Sequence record: SRR2962707_2686
Reading direction: 5' to 3' (one strand)
DNA length: 46,713 nt
Shown piece by piece: positions 37,744 through 46,713 of the stretch. Every line of letters begins with the position of its first letter. The stretch's first letter is position 1. Below the pieces are notes generated by a model, which did no database searches, had not been told where the DNA came from, and saw only the letters and a program-made list of their open reading frames with translations. Both the position numbers and the translations under genes were made by a program.

Positions 37744-37775
37744 GCGGGAGCTTGCCTTGCAAGGGAAGCTCCCAC
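37744..37775. repeat. REP-like palindrome between convergent genes
   Basis: GCGGGAGCTTGCCTTGCAAGGGAAGCTCCCAC; GTGGGAGC end on the minus strand. Confidence 0.55.
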
Positions 37776-37852
37776 GGCGGGCTTCGTAGTCCCGTTTTAT
37801 GGGCCGTAATGGCCCTTTAACGAAGGCGTGTTTATTACCTGAGCCTGTTGTC

Positions 37853-38239
37853 TCAGAACGGCAGTGCTTTCTGAATCAGACTGGCGATATCGCCTTGCCC
37901 TTGTTTCTGGAAATACTGCAGGATCACCGGGATAAACTGCACCAGAGTATCCTTGTCCAGCCCCAGCTTTTGCATGCCGCCGGCGATCTGTGTCAGCCCG
38001 GCCAGCTTGTCACTGCCCATGCTGGAAAGCAGGCCTCCGGCCATGCCCAGCAGGGAGTCACCGCCACTTTCCGGGGCTTGCGACATCATCCCTTCCAGCT
38101 TGGGTTCGGCGCCCAGAATGCGGCCGAAGTCGGTGCCGGAGAGGTTGTCCTTCACCAGCTTCATCAGCAGGCCGGTACCGCCTTCGGCTTGCTGGCCACT
38201 GACCCCGAGAGTGGATACCAGTTGGTTGATCAGGTCCAT
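37853..38239 (-). CDS. DUF2780 family protein
   Basis: DLINQLVSTLGVS..QAEGGTG...LGL......QF.P. Confidence 0.8.
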   Translation of the reverse strand: MDLINQLVSTLGVSGQQAEGGTGLLMKLVKDNLSGTDFGRILGAEPKLEGMMSQAPESGGDSLLGMAGGLLSSMGSDKLAGLTQIAGGMQKLGLDKDTLVQFIPVILQYFQKQGQGDIASLIQKALPF

Positions 38240-38261
38240 GGCCTTGTCTCCTTGCCGGTAT

Positions 38262-38699
38262 TTATTTGGGAATACGGATTTTCTGGCCCGGGTAGATCAG
38301 GTCAGGGTCCTTGATGACTTCGCGGTTGGCTTCAAAGATAGCGGTGTATTTGTTGCCGTCACCGTAAAACTGGCTGGCCACTTTCCACAAAGTGTCGCCT
38401 TTCTGAATTTCGTAGTACTCCACTTCTTCCACCGCGGCTTCCGCCGGCAGAGTGAGGGCGTCACCTTCCACTTTTTCCACGTTTTTAACGTTGCCGGCCA
38501 ACAGTACGGTTTTTTCCTTGGCGGCCTGGTTTTCGCAATCGCCACTGAGTGTGGCGCAGCCGTCGGCGAATTTCACCTCCAGGTTCGACACGCCGGGATT
38601 GTCTTCCAGAATGTGTGCTTTGATTTTCTCGGCCGCGTCCGTGTCATCGCTACCGAACAGTTTCTCACCGATGTTTTTCGCAAAGCTGAACAGATCCAT
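38262..38699 (-). CDS. BON-LysM protein (Kbp/YgaU-like)
   Basis: MDLFSFAKNIGEKLF, GDTLWKVA..FYG and IKDPDLIYPGQ. Confidence 0.88.
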   Translation of the reverse strand: MDLFSFAKNIGEKLFGSDDTDAAEKIKAHILEDNPGVSNLEVKFADGCATLSGDCENQAAKEKTVLLAGNVKNVEKVEGDALTLPAEAAVEEVEYYEIQKGDTLWKVASQFYGDGNKYTAIFEANREVIKDPDLIYPGQKIRIPK

Positions 38700-39024
38700 G
38701 TTGCATTCCTCATACATTAAGGTGGGTCAGGCTCGGGGCCAGGGATTGATTATTTCCCTATTGGCACGGCAAACACCATGCCGAGTGATCTTTTCTTACC
38801 GTAATTCAACACTATTTTGTGATTGTCTCGTGACGGCGGCGCTTCATGCCATGCAACTATTGGACTATCGATGCCGCATGCATGATGCCCGGGGCGTGAT
38901 TACCGTGATGAAGGTAATCACCCCGGTGATCGCTGATGGCCGGGCGGATATGACCTGGGAGGTAATCGCGGTGTGCTGGTGGCGTGGCTAGAGTGGAACT
39001 TTTCAGCAACCGGAGAGGCCACCA

Positions 39025-39459
39025 ATGATCCAGCACTATGGGAATGACTTCGTTGATCGTTTCGCCACTTTCTGGCGTTCTCCAAGCCCGGAAGCAATGG
39101 CGAGCCTCCTGACCCCGGATGCCGTTTTGACTCAGCCGTTGGCGAGACCCATGCAAGGGCTGGAAGCGGCGCGGGAGGAATTTCGGCGATTATTTCGATG
39201 GCTGCCCGATCTGCGCGCCGAGGTACGAGATTGGGGTATGCATGATGCCTCGCTGCTGATCCGGATTCAGGTGTCCGCGACGGTGGGAGGAAAGCCTTTG
39301 ACATGGCCGGCGGTGGATCACTTTCAGTTGAGGGAAGACAAGGCCTGCCGTCGGGATACCTATTTTGATCCAACGCCACTGATGCTTCACATCCTGGCCA
39401 CGCCCAAGACCTGGCCGGGCTGGTGGCGCTCCGGCACGGCGCGCCCCTGGATGCGCTGA
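39025..39459 (+). CDS. SnoaL/NTF2-like protein
   Basis: FVDRF...W...L.QP...PDL...W..VD.F......R..YFDP. Confidence 0.8.
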   Translation: MIQHYGNDFVDRFATFWRSPSPEAMASLLTPDAVLTQPLARPMQGLEAAREEFRRLFRWLPDLRAEVRDWGMHDASLLIRIQVSATVGGKPLTWPAVDHFQLREDKACRRDTYFDPTPLMLHILATPKTWPGWWRSGTARPWMR

Positions 39460-39526
39460 CGGCTTGAATAGCGGCTCTGGCCCAAGGACAATCGCCCTGT
39501 CCGCTGGATCACTCGACGTCGCCCTC

Positions 39527-40528
39527 ATGCCCTTCAGACTTTCTTTTTGTGTTTTCCTGCTCGCATTCAGCACCGGCGCCGTGGGCGACACCGTCTGGTT
39601 GAAGAATGGTGACCGGCTCACTGGCGAGATCGTGCTGATGGACAGTACCAAGCTGCTGTTGGAAACACCTTACGCGGGCTCGGTGCCCATTGACCGGGAG
39701 ATGATCAGCACGCTGCAGAGTGACCACGAGCTGCTGGTGAAGTGGCCAGGGGGCAATGGCGAAGTCAGTAAGACAGTGGCGGCGGGGCAGCCTGGCCGGA
39801 TCGTGGTCAGCAACGGGGAAGAAACCACGGTGGAACTGGCCAGTGTTACCCGTATGTTGCGCCCCAAGCCCTTCCTTCAGGATCTGGAATGGACCGGGGA
39901 TCTGGAATTCGACATCAATTATGAGCGGGCTGAGCGGGACACCGACGACTTCGACCTGGCCCTGAACAATCAAGCCCGGCACGGGCCCTGGCGGCATAAC
40001 CTGCAGGCGGACTACAACCGCAAGTTCCGTGACGATGTGCGTATTGAGCAGGACTGGAGCGCCAAGTACGCGCTGGACCGCTTCGTCACCGAGAGCCGGT
40101 TCTGGCAGACCCGCTACGAGTACCAGCGCGACTGGTTCGAGAATGTCCGGCGGCGCCGTTCCCTGGGAGCGGGACCAGGTTACCAGTTCTGGGACAATGA
40201 ACTGGGGGCTTTTTCCCTGGCGTGGTTGCTCAGTTACAACCAGTTCTCCTACGCGGAGAGGAGTGACAAGGCCTTCTACGCGTTGGGCATGCAATGGGAT
40301 TACAACCGGTATCTGGTGGGCAAAACCTTCGAATTGTTCAGCCGCGGCAGTGTCGGCAAGGCTCTGAGTGGTGTGGAGGGGTATTCCGTGGATGCGGAAT
40401 TCGGAGTGCGCTACCGGCTCACCGACTGGGCTTCGCTGAGCATGAAAGTGGAAACCGATCTGGTGAAGGATTTCTCCGAGGACCTGGATGAAACCGACTA
40501 CAGTCTCGGCCTGGGCATCGGTTGGTGA
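39527..40528 (+). CDS. DUF481 family outer-membrane beta-barrel protein
   Basis: Signal peptide; DTVWLKNGDRLTG; GPGYQFWD; C-terminal aromatic residue (LGIGW). Confidence 0.85.
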   Translation: MPFRLSFCVFLLAFSTGAVGDTVWLKNGDRLTGEIVLMDSTKLLLETPYAGSVPIDREMISTLQSDHELLVKWPGGNGEVSKTVAAGQPGRIVVSNGEETTVELASVTRMLRPKPFLQDLEWTGDLEFDINYERAERDTDDFDLALNNQARHGPWRHNLQADYNRKFRDDVRIEQDWSAKYALDRFVTESRFWQTRYEYQRDWFENVRRRRSLGAGPGYQFWDNELGAFSLAWLLSYNQFSYAERSDKAFYALGMQWDYNRYLVGKTFELFSRGSVGKALSGVEGYSVDAEFGVRYRLTDWASLSMKVETDLVKDFSEDLDETDYSLGLGIGW

Positions 40529-40546
40529 GTGGGCTGGTGCGCTGAA

Positions 40547-41707
40547 CTAGGGCCAATTCCACCTGGGGGTATTCAGTAGTCCCTGGCCCATGATGCGGGT
40601 TTCCCCAAGTTCTTTTTCCAATTCCACGCCATGGCAGTCCGGTGCCTGATTGAGAGCCGCCACCAGGCGTCTGGCATGGCTGATCACCCACACCTGACTG
40701 TGGCGGCTGGCGCGGGCAATCAATCGCGCCAGGGCCGGGAGCAGATCCGGATGCAGGCTGTTTTCCGGTTCGTTCAGAACCATCAGTGAGGGCGGCCGTG
40801 GTGTCAGCAAGGCCGCGATCAGAAGCAGATAACGCAGTGTGCCATCGGACAGCTCCGCCGCTGTCAGCGGACGGAGCAGGCCGTACTGGTGGAAGGCGAT
40901 CTTGAGCCGGCCGTCGTCCAGGGGAACGATGGCCAGGCGCGCGCCGGGAAAGGCATCCTCGATGGCACTGTCGAGCGCCCGGGCATCGCCGATTTCCCGA
41001 ATGGTTTGCAGGGCCGCCGCCAGATCGCGCCCGTCGTGATGCAGCACGGGGGTACGGGTGCCCAGCTGGACCTGCCGGGCGGGGGCGTCCTGATCGGTGC
41101 GAAAGTGGTCGTAGAAGCGCCAACCGCGAATCCGCTCGCGCAGGGTGACCACCTCTGGTGTGGTGCGGGCGTCGGCCACCTGACTGAACAGGCTGTCGAA
41201 GCTGTTGAGGTGTTCGCTGATAACCTGCCAGGGGCCTTCTCCCCGGGTTTTCACCAGCGGGCCGCGGCGATCCACCAGCGCCGTGGCCGGACGATAGCCG
41301 GAGCCGGCCCAGATCAGTTCCCGTTTGATCTCCGGGTCCAGATTGAAGGCGGTGGTGGCGTCCGGTTTCGGCAGACCCAGCTCGATCAGATAGCCATAGT
41401 CCTCATCGTTGAATCCGAGACGCAGGCGGCGGCTGTGCTGGCGAGGCCCGCCCTGCACCGGCACCGAGCCGTTGCGCATGCCTTTGGTGAGGGTCTCCGG
41501 TCCAGCCCAGAACGTGGATTCCAGCCCGCCCTCGGCGGCCAGGGCGGCGATCACGTCGTCACGCGCGGTGGCGGCCAGCAACCGCAGGGCGCGGTACAGA
41601 TTGGATTTGCCGCTGCCGTTGGCGCCGGTGACCACATTCAGGGGCCCCAGCGGCACGGTCAGATTCAGAACGGAACGGTAGTTGCCAATGGCCAGCGTGG
41701 TCAGCAT
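40547..41707 (-). CDS. Predicted ABC/SMC-type AAA ATPase (COG4637-like)
   Basis: Walker A GANGSGKS; signature LSDGT; Walker B VLNEPE; H-loop ISH. Confidence 0.88.
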   Translation of the reverse strand: MLTTLAIGNYRSVLNLTVPLGPLNVVTGANGSGKSNLYRALRLLAATARDDVIAALAAEGGLESTFWAGPETLTKGMRNGSVPVQGGPRQHSRRLRLGFNDEDYGYLIELGLPKPDATTAFNLDPEIKRELIWAGSGYRPATALVDRRGPLVKTRGEGPWQVISEHLNSFDSLFSQVADARTTPEVVTLRERIRGWRFYDHFRTDQDAPARQVQLGTRTPVLHHDGRDLAAALQTIREIGDARALDSAIEDAFPGARLAIVPLDDGRLKIAFHQYGLLRPLTAAELSDGTLRYLLLIAALLTPRPPSLMVLNEPENSLHPDLLPALARLIARASRHSQVWVISHARRLVAALNQAPDCHGVELEKELGETRIMGQGLLNTPRWNWP

Positions 41708-41819
41708 GCCGGACGGTTCCTGGTAGCGGGGAGAGGCCAGTAAAAGGGAATCCCGGCGCTGATTCAAGGCGGTGGCAGCGGGCCTTCCGCATCATTGGCG
41801 CCGTGCTATGCTGGCGCCC

Positions 41820-42455
41820 ATGAAAACCGTTGCCATCATTGTGAGTGCCTTGTTGGGGGCGATGCCGTTGCCGCTGGTGGCTCAACCCTCGACGGAATCC
41901 GCCTTCGTGACGGCCTTGGTCGATGCCGCCATGGCACGCACCCGGGTGTCCGTCACCTATGACGGCGGCTATCGCCGTATCGACTATCCCAACGGTGATG
42001 TGCCCGACAATATCGGCGTGTGCACGGATGTGGTGATTCGCTCCTATCGCAAGACGGGGGTGGATCTGCAGCGTCTGGTGCATGAGGACATGAAGCGAGC
42101 TTTTGACGCTTATCCGAACCACTGGGGATTGCGTCGTCCCGATCCCAATATCGATCACCGGCGAGTGCCCAATCTGCAAACGTTCTTCGAACGTCAGGGG
42201 GCGGCGCTGCCGGTCTCCGACCGGGCCGAAGCCTATCGCCCCGGTGATCTGGTCACCTGGATGCTGCCCGGAAATCTTCCGCATATCGGCGTGGTGACCG
42301 GGCAACGTTCCACCGATAGCGGCCGCCCCTTGATCGTTCATAACATCGGGCGCGGACCGCAATTGGAGGATCTGCTGTTCTCTTATCCCATCACCGGGCA
42401 TTACCGTTATATCCGGCTTCCCAGCCAGGAGGCCTTGAATGGGGATGCCCGCTGA
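41820..42455 (+). CDS. DUF1287 (YijF-like) exported protein
   Basis: YPNGDVP...GVCTDVVIR, D.NIDHRRVPN, PHIG and HNIG. Confidence 0.88.
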   Translation: MKTVAIIVSALLGAMPLPLVAQPSTESAFVTALVDAAMARTRVSVTYDGGYRRIDYPNGDVPDNIGVCTDVVIRSYRKTGVDLQRLVHEDMKRAFDAYPNHWGLRRPDPNIDHRRVPNLQTFFERQGAALPVSDRAEAYRPGDLVTWMLPGNLPHIGVVTGQRSTDSGRPLIVHNIGRGPQLEDLLFSYPITGHYRYIRLPSQEALNGDAR

Positions 42456-42464
42456 GGTGACGTC

Positions 42465-43070
42465 TCAGCGGCCCTGTCGTCGCTCAATGGCGGCCTGAAT
42501 CAACGGCATCCGGTCATTGCCGAAGTACATGTCATCGCCGTCGATAAAAATAGTGGGTGAACCGAAACCGCCCCGTCGCATGACGGTCTCCGTATTCTCG
42601 CGCAGCTGGTCCTTGATGCCGGGTTCCTGGATGCCGGCGAAGAAAGCCTCCCGGTCCACGCCCAGCTGGTCCAGAATCGGAATCAACTGGTCGTCCTGAG
42701 CGATGTCCTTGCCGTCGCGCCAATAGCTCTGGAACACCGCCCGGGCGAACGGCACCAGTTTGCCCTGAGGGGCGAGCCAGAGGCAGCCGCGCATGGCCTT
42801 GACGCTGTTCACTGGAAAGACCTCCGGCCAATTGATCTCCAGCCCCTGATAGCGCGCCCAGTCCTGCAGATCCTTACGCATATAGCTCGCTTTCTGCGGT
42901 ACTGGTTTTTCCCGCGAAGCGTACACGGAGGGATTGATGGTATTGAAGATGCCGCCCACCAGAATGGGTTTCCATTCGATGCTGGTGCCGGTGTCCTTGG
43001 CGACGTTTTGAATACTCTCGAAGCCCAGATAAGTCCAGGGGCTGGAGCAGTCGAAGTAAAACTCGATCAT
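42465..43070 (-). CDS. 2-hydroxychromene-2-carboxylate isomerase / DsbA-GSTkappa family
   Basis: FYFDCSSPWTY and GGFGSPT...FGNDR. Confidence 0.9.
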   Translation of the reverse strand: MIEFYFDCSSPWTYLGFESIQNVAKDTGTSIEWKPILVGGIFNTINPSVYASREKPVPQKASYMRKDLQDWARYQGLEINWPEVFPVNSVKAMRGCLWLAPQGKLVPFARAVFQSYWRDGKDIAQDDQLIPILDQLGVDREAFFAGIQEPGIKDQLRENTETVMRRGGFGSPTIFIDGDDMYFGNDRMPLIQAAIERRQGR

Positions 43071-43088
43071 GGCGAAATCCTTATGGTG

Positions 43089-43784
43089 TTATTCGTTGGT
43101 CGCGGTTTGGTTCTGGCCGAACAGGACTCGTTTGGCGTCGTCGGACATGGTGCTCTGGCGCAGCGTCTTGCCCACCGCCAGGCCTTTTTGCAGGGCTTCG
43201 CGGCCCCGCAACTGCGAGAACCAGCGTGCTACGTTGGGGAAGTCGTCCAGTGTGATGCCCTGGGCTTTGTGGGTCATCACCCAGGGAAAGATAGCCATGT
43301 CGGCGATGGAATAGTCGCCGGCCACGCAAGGGGCGTCAGCAAGGGCCTGATCCAGCACGCCGTAGAGGCGCCGGGCTTCGCGGCCGTAGCGGTCAATGGC
43401 GTAGGGTACCTTTTCCGGTGCGTATAACAGGAAATGCCCGTTTTGACCCAGCATTGGGCCCAAGCCGCCCATTTGCCACATCAGCCACTGTTTGACCCGA
43501 TAGCGTCCACGCAGGTCCGCGGGCAGGAAGCGGCCACTCTTCTCGGCCAGATACTCCAGGATGGCTCCGCTTTCGAAAAGGGAAACCGGCTCGCCGCCAT
43601 CCTCCGGCGCATGATCCACCAGTGCCGGCATCCGGCCATTGGGGCTGAGGGCGAGAAACGTGGGATCGAATTGCTCTCCCTTGCCGATATTGACCGGCAC
43701 GATGCGGTAAGGCAGCCCGCACTCCTCCAGCATGATGGTGATTTTCCAGCCATTGGGGGTGGGCCAGTAGTACAGGTCAAGCAC
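43089..43784 (-). CDS. Glutathione S-transferase (YfcG-like)
   Basis: LYYWPTPNGWKI, SPNGRMPA and WQMGGLGPMLGQ. Confidence 0.88.
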   Translation of the reverse strand: MLDLYYWPTPNGWKITIMLEECGLPYRIVPVNIGKGEQFDPTFLALSPNGRMPALVDHAPEDGGEPVSLFESGAILEYLAEKSGRFLPADLRGRYRVKQWLMWQMGGLGPMLGQNGHFLLYAPEKVPYAIDRYGREARRLYGVLDQALADAPCVAGDYSIADMAIFPWVMTHKAQGITLDDFPNVARWFSQLRGREALQKGLAVGKTLRQSTMSDDAKRVLFGQNQTATNE

Positions 43785-43909
43785 GAGCGTCTCCCGGAGT
43801 GGTTGTCATGATTATGGGCGGCATGCCGCCGGGCCAAACCAATCTAAAACATTCCCACCGGTTTCGCGAAAGCGACGGATCGGATGATGGTTGTCATGAG
43901 GGGATTGGG

Positions 43910-43938
43910 TTGACGGTGGAGAATGATCGTTCTACTCT
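43910..43938 (+). promoter_or_regulatory. Sigma70-like promoter with embedded palindromic operator
   Basis: TTGACG-17nt-TACTCT; AGAATGATCGTTCT palindrome in the spacer. Confidence 0.65.
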
Positions 43939-43945
43939 CTTGATC

Positions 43946-44536
43946 ATGATCACTTCTGCACGACAATCCGCCACGGAGTCTCCGCAAACAGTGAGAGCAA
44001 AGCTGCTCGCTGTCACCGAACAGCTGATCTATAGCGGTGGCATTCACGCCACAGGCATGGATCGCATCGTGCGTGAATCCGGCGTGGCGAGGAAAAGCAT
44101 TTACCGCTACTTCCCCACCAAGGAAGCGCTGGTGGCGGAGGCGCTGCGTGAGCGGGACGAGCGTTGGATGCGCTGGCTCGTCTCAGAATGCGAAGCGGCG
44201 CCGCCGGGGCCGCCACGCTTGCAGGCGATCTTCGAAGCGCTGGCGGACTGGTTTGCCCGGGATGATTTCAATGGCTGTGCTTTCATTAACGCCGCCGGCG
44301 AAGTCGCCGCTGGCCCCATTCATGACGTGGCCCGGGCCCACAAGCGCCGATTGCGGGATTATCTTTGTTCGGTGCTGGCGGAATGTGGTGTGGCCGATGT
44401 GGAAACCGTGGCGGCGGATCTCTCGATTCTGATCGACGGCGCGATCACCAGCGCCCGCGTCGGAGGGGATTCCCGGGCGGCGGAGCGGGCCGCGCGCATG
44501 GCGCGCCTCCTGATTCAGGACAGCGACGTTTTATAA
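43946..44536 (+). CDS. TetR/AcrR family regulator
   Basis: GIHATGMD.I...[27 protein letters not shown]. Confidence 0.9.
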   Translation: MITSARQSATESPQTVRAKLLAVTEQLIYSGGIHATGMDRIVRESGVARKSIYRYFPTKEALVAEALRERDERWMRWLVSECEAAPPGPPRLQAIFEALADWFARDDFNGCAFINAAGEVAAGPIHDVARAHKRRLRDYLCSVLAECGVADVETVAADLSILIDGAITSARVGGDSRAAERAARMARLLIQDSDVL

Positions 44537-44552
44537 ACCACCGGAGACGGTC

Positions 44553-45026
44553 ATGACCACTGCTACACGCCCACCCTTGCCCCCCTTTACCCGCGAAAGT
44601 GCCATTGAGAAGGTGCGTTTGGCGGAAGATGGCTGGAACAGCCGGGATGCCGATAAGGTCGCGATGGCCTATAGCCTGGATACCCGTTGGCGGAATCGGG
44701 CCGAGTTCGTGCAAGGCCGGGACGAGGCCCGCGCCTTCCTTGAACGCAAATGGAACAAGGAGCTGGAATACCGTCTGATCAAGGAGCTATGGGCGTTCTC
44801 GGAGAATCGCATCGCCGTGCGCTATGCCTATGAATGGCGGGATGATTCCGGCAACTGGTTCAGATCCTACGGTAACGAGAATTGGGAGTTCGACGATGAT
44901 GGTCTGATGCGCCATCGATACTCCAGTATCAACGACCTGCCGATTGGCGAGCAGGAGCGTAAATTCCACTGGCCATTGGGACGGCGCCCCGACGACCACC
45001 CCGGTTTATCCGATCTGGGCCTATAA
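44553..45026 (+). CDS. DUF1348 / NTF2-like protein
   Basis: [25 protein letters not shown] and RSYGNENW. Confidence 0.92.
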   Translation: MTTATRPPLPPFTRESAIEKVRLAEDGWNSRDADKVAMAYSLDTRWRNRAEFVQGRDEARAFLERKWNKELEYRLIKELWAFSENRIAVRYAYEWRDDSGNWFRSYGNENWEFDDDGLMRHRYSSINDLPIGEQERKFHWPLGRRPDDHPGLSDLGL

Positions 45027-45034
45027 CCGACCGG

Positions 45035-45430
45035 TCATGGCAGATTGAGTTGCCAGGACACACCGAAACGGTCGGCTACCCAGGCAAAACGAGTACTGAA
45101 TCCATAATCGTCCAAAGGCATCATGACCTCCCCTTGTTCGGACAAACGGTTATAAAGGGAGGTCAGCTCTTCTTCGCTGTCACAGTCGATGAAGAAGGAA
45201 AACGACGGCGTGAAATCGAAATCATGGGGAACTGGTGAGTCGATGCAACGAACCCTCTGCTGCCCCAGGCGAAACATGGCCTGATACACCCTTCCGGCGG
45301 CCTCAGGCTGTGTCTCGTCATAATGTGACAGGCTGATGATCTCGCTATCCTCGATCAGAGAGACATAAAAGCGCAACGCCGCTTCGGCGTTGCCCTGAAA
45401 CATTAAAAAAGGAGTGATTGCCTGTGCCAT
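45035..45430 (-). CDS. VOC family protein (PhnB / 3-dmu-9 methyltransferase-like)
   Basis: ITPFLMFQGNAEAA, FTPSFS and W..DRFGVSWQL. Confidence 0.9.
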   Translation of the reverse strand: MAQAITPFLMFQGNAEAALRFYVSLIEDSEIISLSHYDETQPEAAGRVYQAMFRLGQQRVRCIDSPVPHDFDFTPSFSFFIDCDSEEELTSLYNRLSEQGEVMMPLDDYGFSTRFAWVADRFGVSWQLNLP

Positions 45431-45497
45431 GGCGCGCTCCGGTCAAAAAGGCAAAAATCAGGAGCATCAGTCTAGTCATCATTGAAGGATGGAGACA

Positions 45498-46013
45498 ATG
45501 CCGGAGACCGTGATCCGAGATGCTTGCCTCGCTGATGCCGAAGCCATGGCGCCTTTGTATAACCATTACGTCCACCGAAGCATCGCGACCTTTGAAACGG
45601 AACCGGTAGCGGCGGTGGAAATGGCCCGGCGCATCCAGAAAGTCAAGGCGTCGTCATTGCCCTGGCGGGTGGCGGAAACGGCGGGCGAATTATCCGGATA
45701 CGCCTACGCGACCCGTTGGCATGATCGCCATGCCTACCGGTTCAGTGTTGAATCCACGGTGTACATTGATGCCGGGGCGGTTGGTCAGGGGCTGGGCGAG
45801 CGTCTGTATCTGTCTTTGCTGTCACAACTTCGTCATCAGGGGCTGCATACGGTGATGGCGGTTATTGCCTTGCCGAACGCCGCCAGTGTGGCGTTGCACG
45901 AGAAAGTCGGGTTCCGGCAAAGTGGCGGTCTGCGTGCGGTGGGCCGAAAATTCGAGCGCTGGATCGATGTCGGGTACTGGCAGTGTTTCCTGACGGACGC
46001 GCCGGAGCCATAG
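45498..46013 (+). CDS. GNAT N-acetyltransferase (phosphinothricin/ArsN1-like)
   Basis: YNHYV...ATFE, AYRFSVESTVY, ALPNAASVALHEKVGF and WIDVGYWQ. Confidence 0.88.
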   Translation: MPETVIRDACLADAEAMAPLYNHYVHRSIATFETEPVAAVEMARRIQKVKASSLPWRVAETAGELSGYAYATRWHDRHAYRFSVESTVYIDAGAVGQGLGERLYLSLLSQLRHQGLHTVMAVIALPNAASVALHEKVGFRQSGGLRAVGRKFERWIDVGYWQCFLTDAPEP

Positions 46014-46171
46014 TCATCGCTCATGACAGGGACGGCGCAAATAGTGTATGTCCCCTTTTTCTGACGAGACGTCGTTCCCCTTCCGATTGTTGACACCAGC
46101 CTGGCGGCTGCTTAAAAGGGGAAGAGGAAACAGTCTGTTTCTTAATGATGGAACAACAGAATAACTAAGGG

Positions 46172-46603
46172 ATGAGAACCATGGAATTCAGTGATGGGCA
46201 AGACCCCTATACCCGCGACGATTTCAAAACGGAGATTGAAGAAGCCATTACCCGTCTGGAAAAGGCCAATGACGTGGCGCAGGAGGCGGTGAGTTTCCAC
46301 CTGGCGCGTGCTTCCGGTTTGTTCTTCAGCCGCTTTGGCACCATGGATGAGTTCATGATGGCCTCGGAAGACGTGAAGATGGGCTATATCGAGGAACTGA
46401 ATCAGCGCGAGGATGAATACGCGGAAACGGACCGCTTTGCTTCCTACGCTTTTGCCCTGTTCAAAATGTGGGTGGGAACAGTGATCGAATGCGACCGGGA
46501 ATTAATGGTTCTTTTCGTGGAACGACTGGGACCGTTCATGAACCGGGGAGAGAAGCTCATCCTGGAGTTGCTGGATGAGGAGGAGAATGAGAACACGCAC
46601 TAG
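46172..46603 (+). CDS. Acidic hypothetical protein
   Basis: 143-aa ORF with AAGGG RBS; no family recognised. Confidence 0.65.
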   Translation: MRTMEFSDGQDPYTRDDFKTEIEEAITRLEKANDVAQEAVSFHLARASGLFFSRFGTMDEFMMASEDVKMGYIEELNQREDEYAETDRFASYAFALFKMWVGTVIECDRELMVLFVERLGPFMNRGEKLILELLDEEENENTH

Positions 46604-46689
46604 TTCTCGGTTGCCCGCCGTCCGGGCGGTTCCCCAAGCCTGTTTGCGGGCCTTGGAGAAATGAATTCAGAAGTTGCTACAAGGCCGCT

Positions 46690-46713
46690 GTGGGAGCCAG
46701 CCTGCTGGCGAAT
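46690..46713 (+). repeat. REP element (GTGG type), possibly the first arm of a REPIN
   Basis: GTGGGAGCCAGCCTGCTGGCGAAT: GTGG foot plus GCCAGC/GCTGGC hairpin, at the window edge. Confidence 0.7.

Overview
GC-rich gammaproteobacterial accessory region. The overall gene content suggests a marine Alcanivorax/Marinobacter-like host, which is an inference. The window opens in the 3' end of an integron cassette array: one partial and two complete attC sites and two AT-richer hypothetical cassettes, with no integrase visible. A GGGGTCAG-type palindrome follows the last attC. The next ~24 kb holds short, almost all +-strand genes, many of cassette-typical families (GNATs, VOC, GFA, tautomerase, ABM, DUF6429, inverted VapBC). 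Among them are larger genes (2,3-butanediol dehydrogenase, FdhF/YdeP molybdoenzyme, OsmC-YcaO fusion, MFS, voltage-gated Na+ channel), several gene remnants and possible eroded attC ends. At 26.7-31.3 kb is a translationally coupled four-gene Zorya type III-like anti-phage operon whose ZorA tail carries four tandem 73-aa repeats. It is followed by a CoA-transferase/IclR/TRAP/acyl-CoA dehydrogenase catabolic cluster with a nonsense-interrupted dctQ. The remainder holds envelope/stress genes, a stand-alone ABC-type ATPase, GSTs, a probably leaderless autoregulated TetR operon and REP-like palindromes. All family assignments come from motif recognition by eye; no database searches were run.
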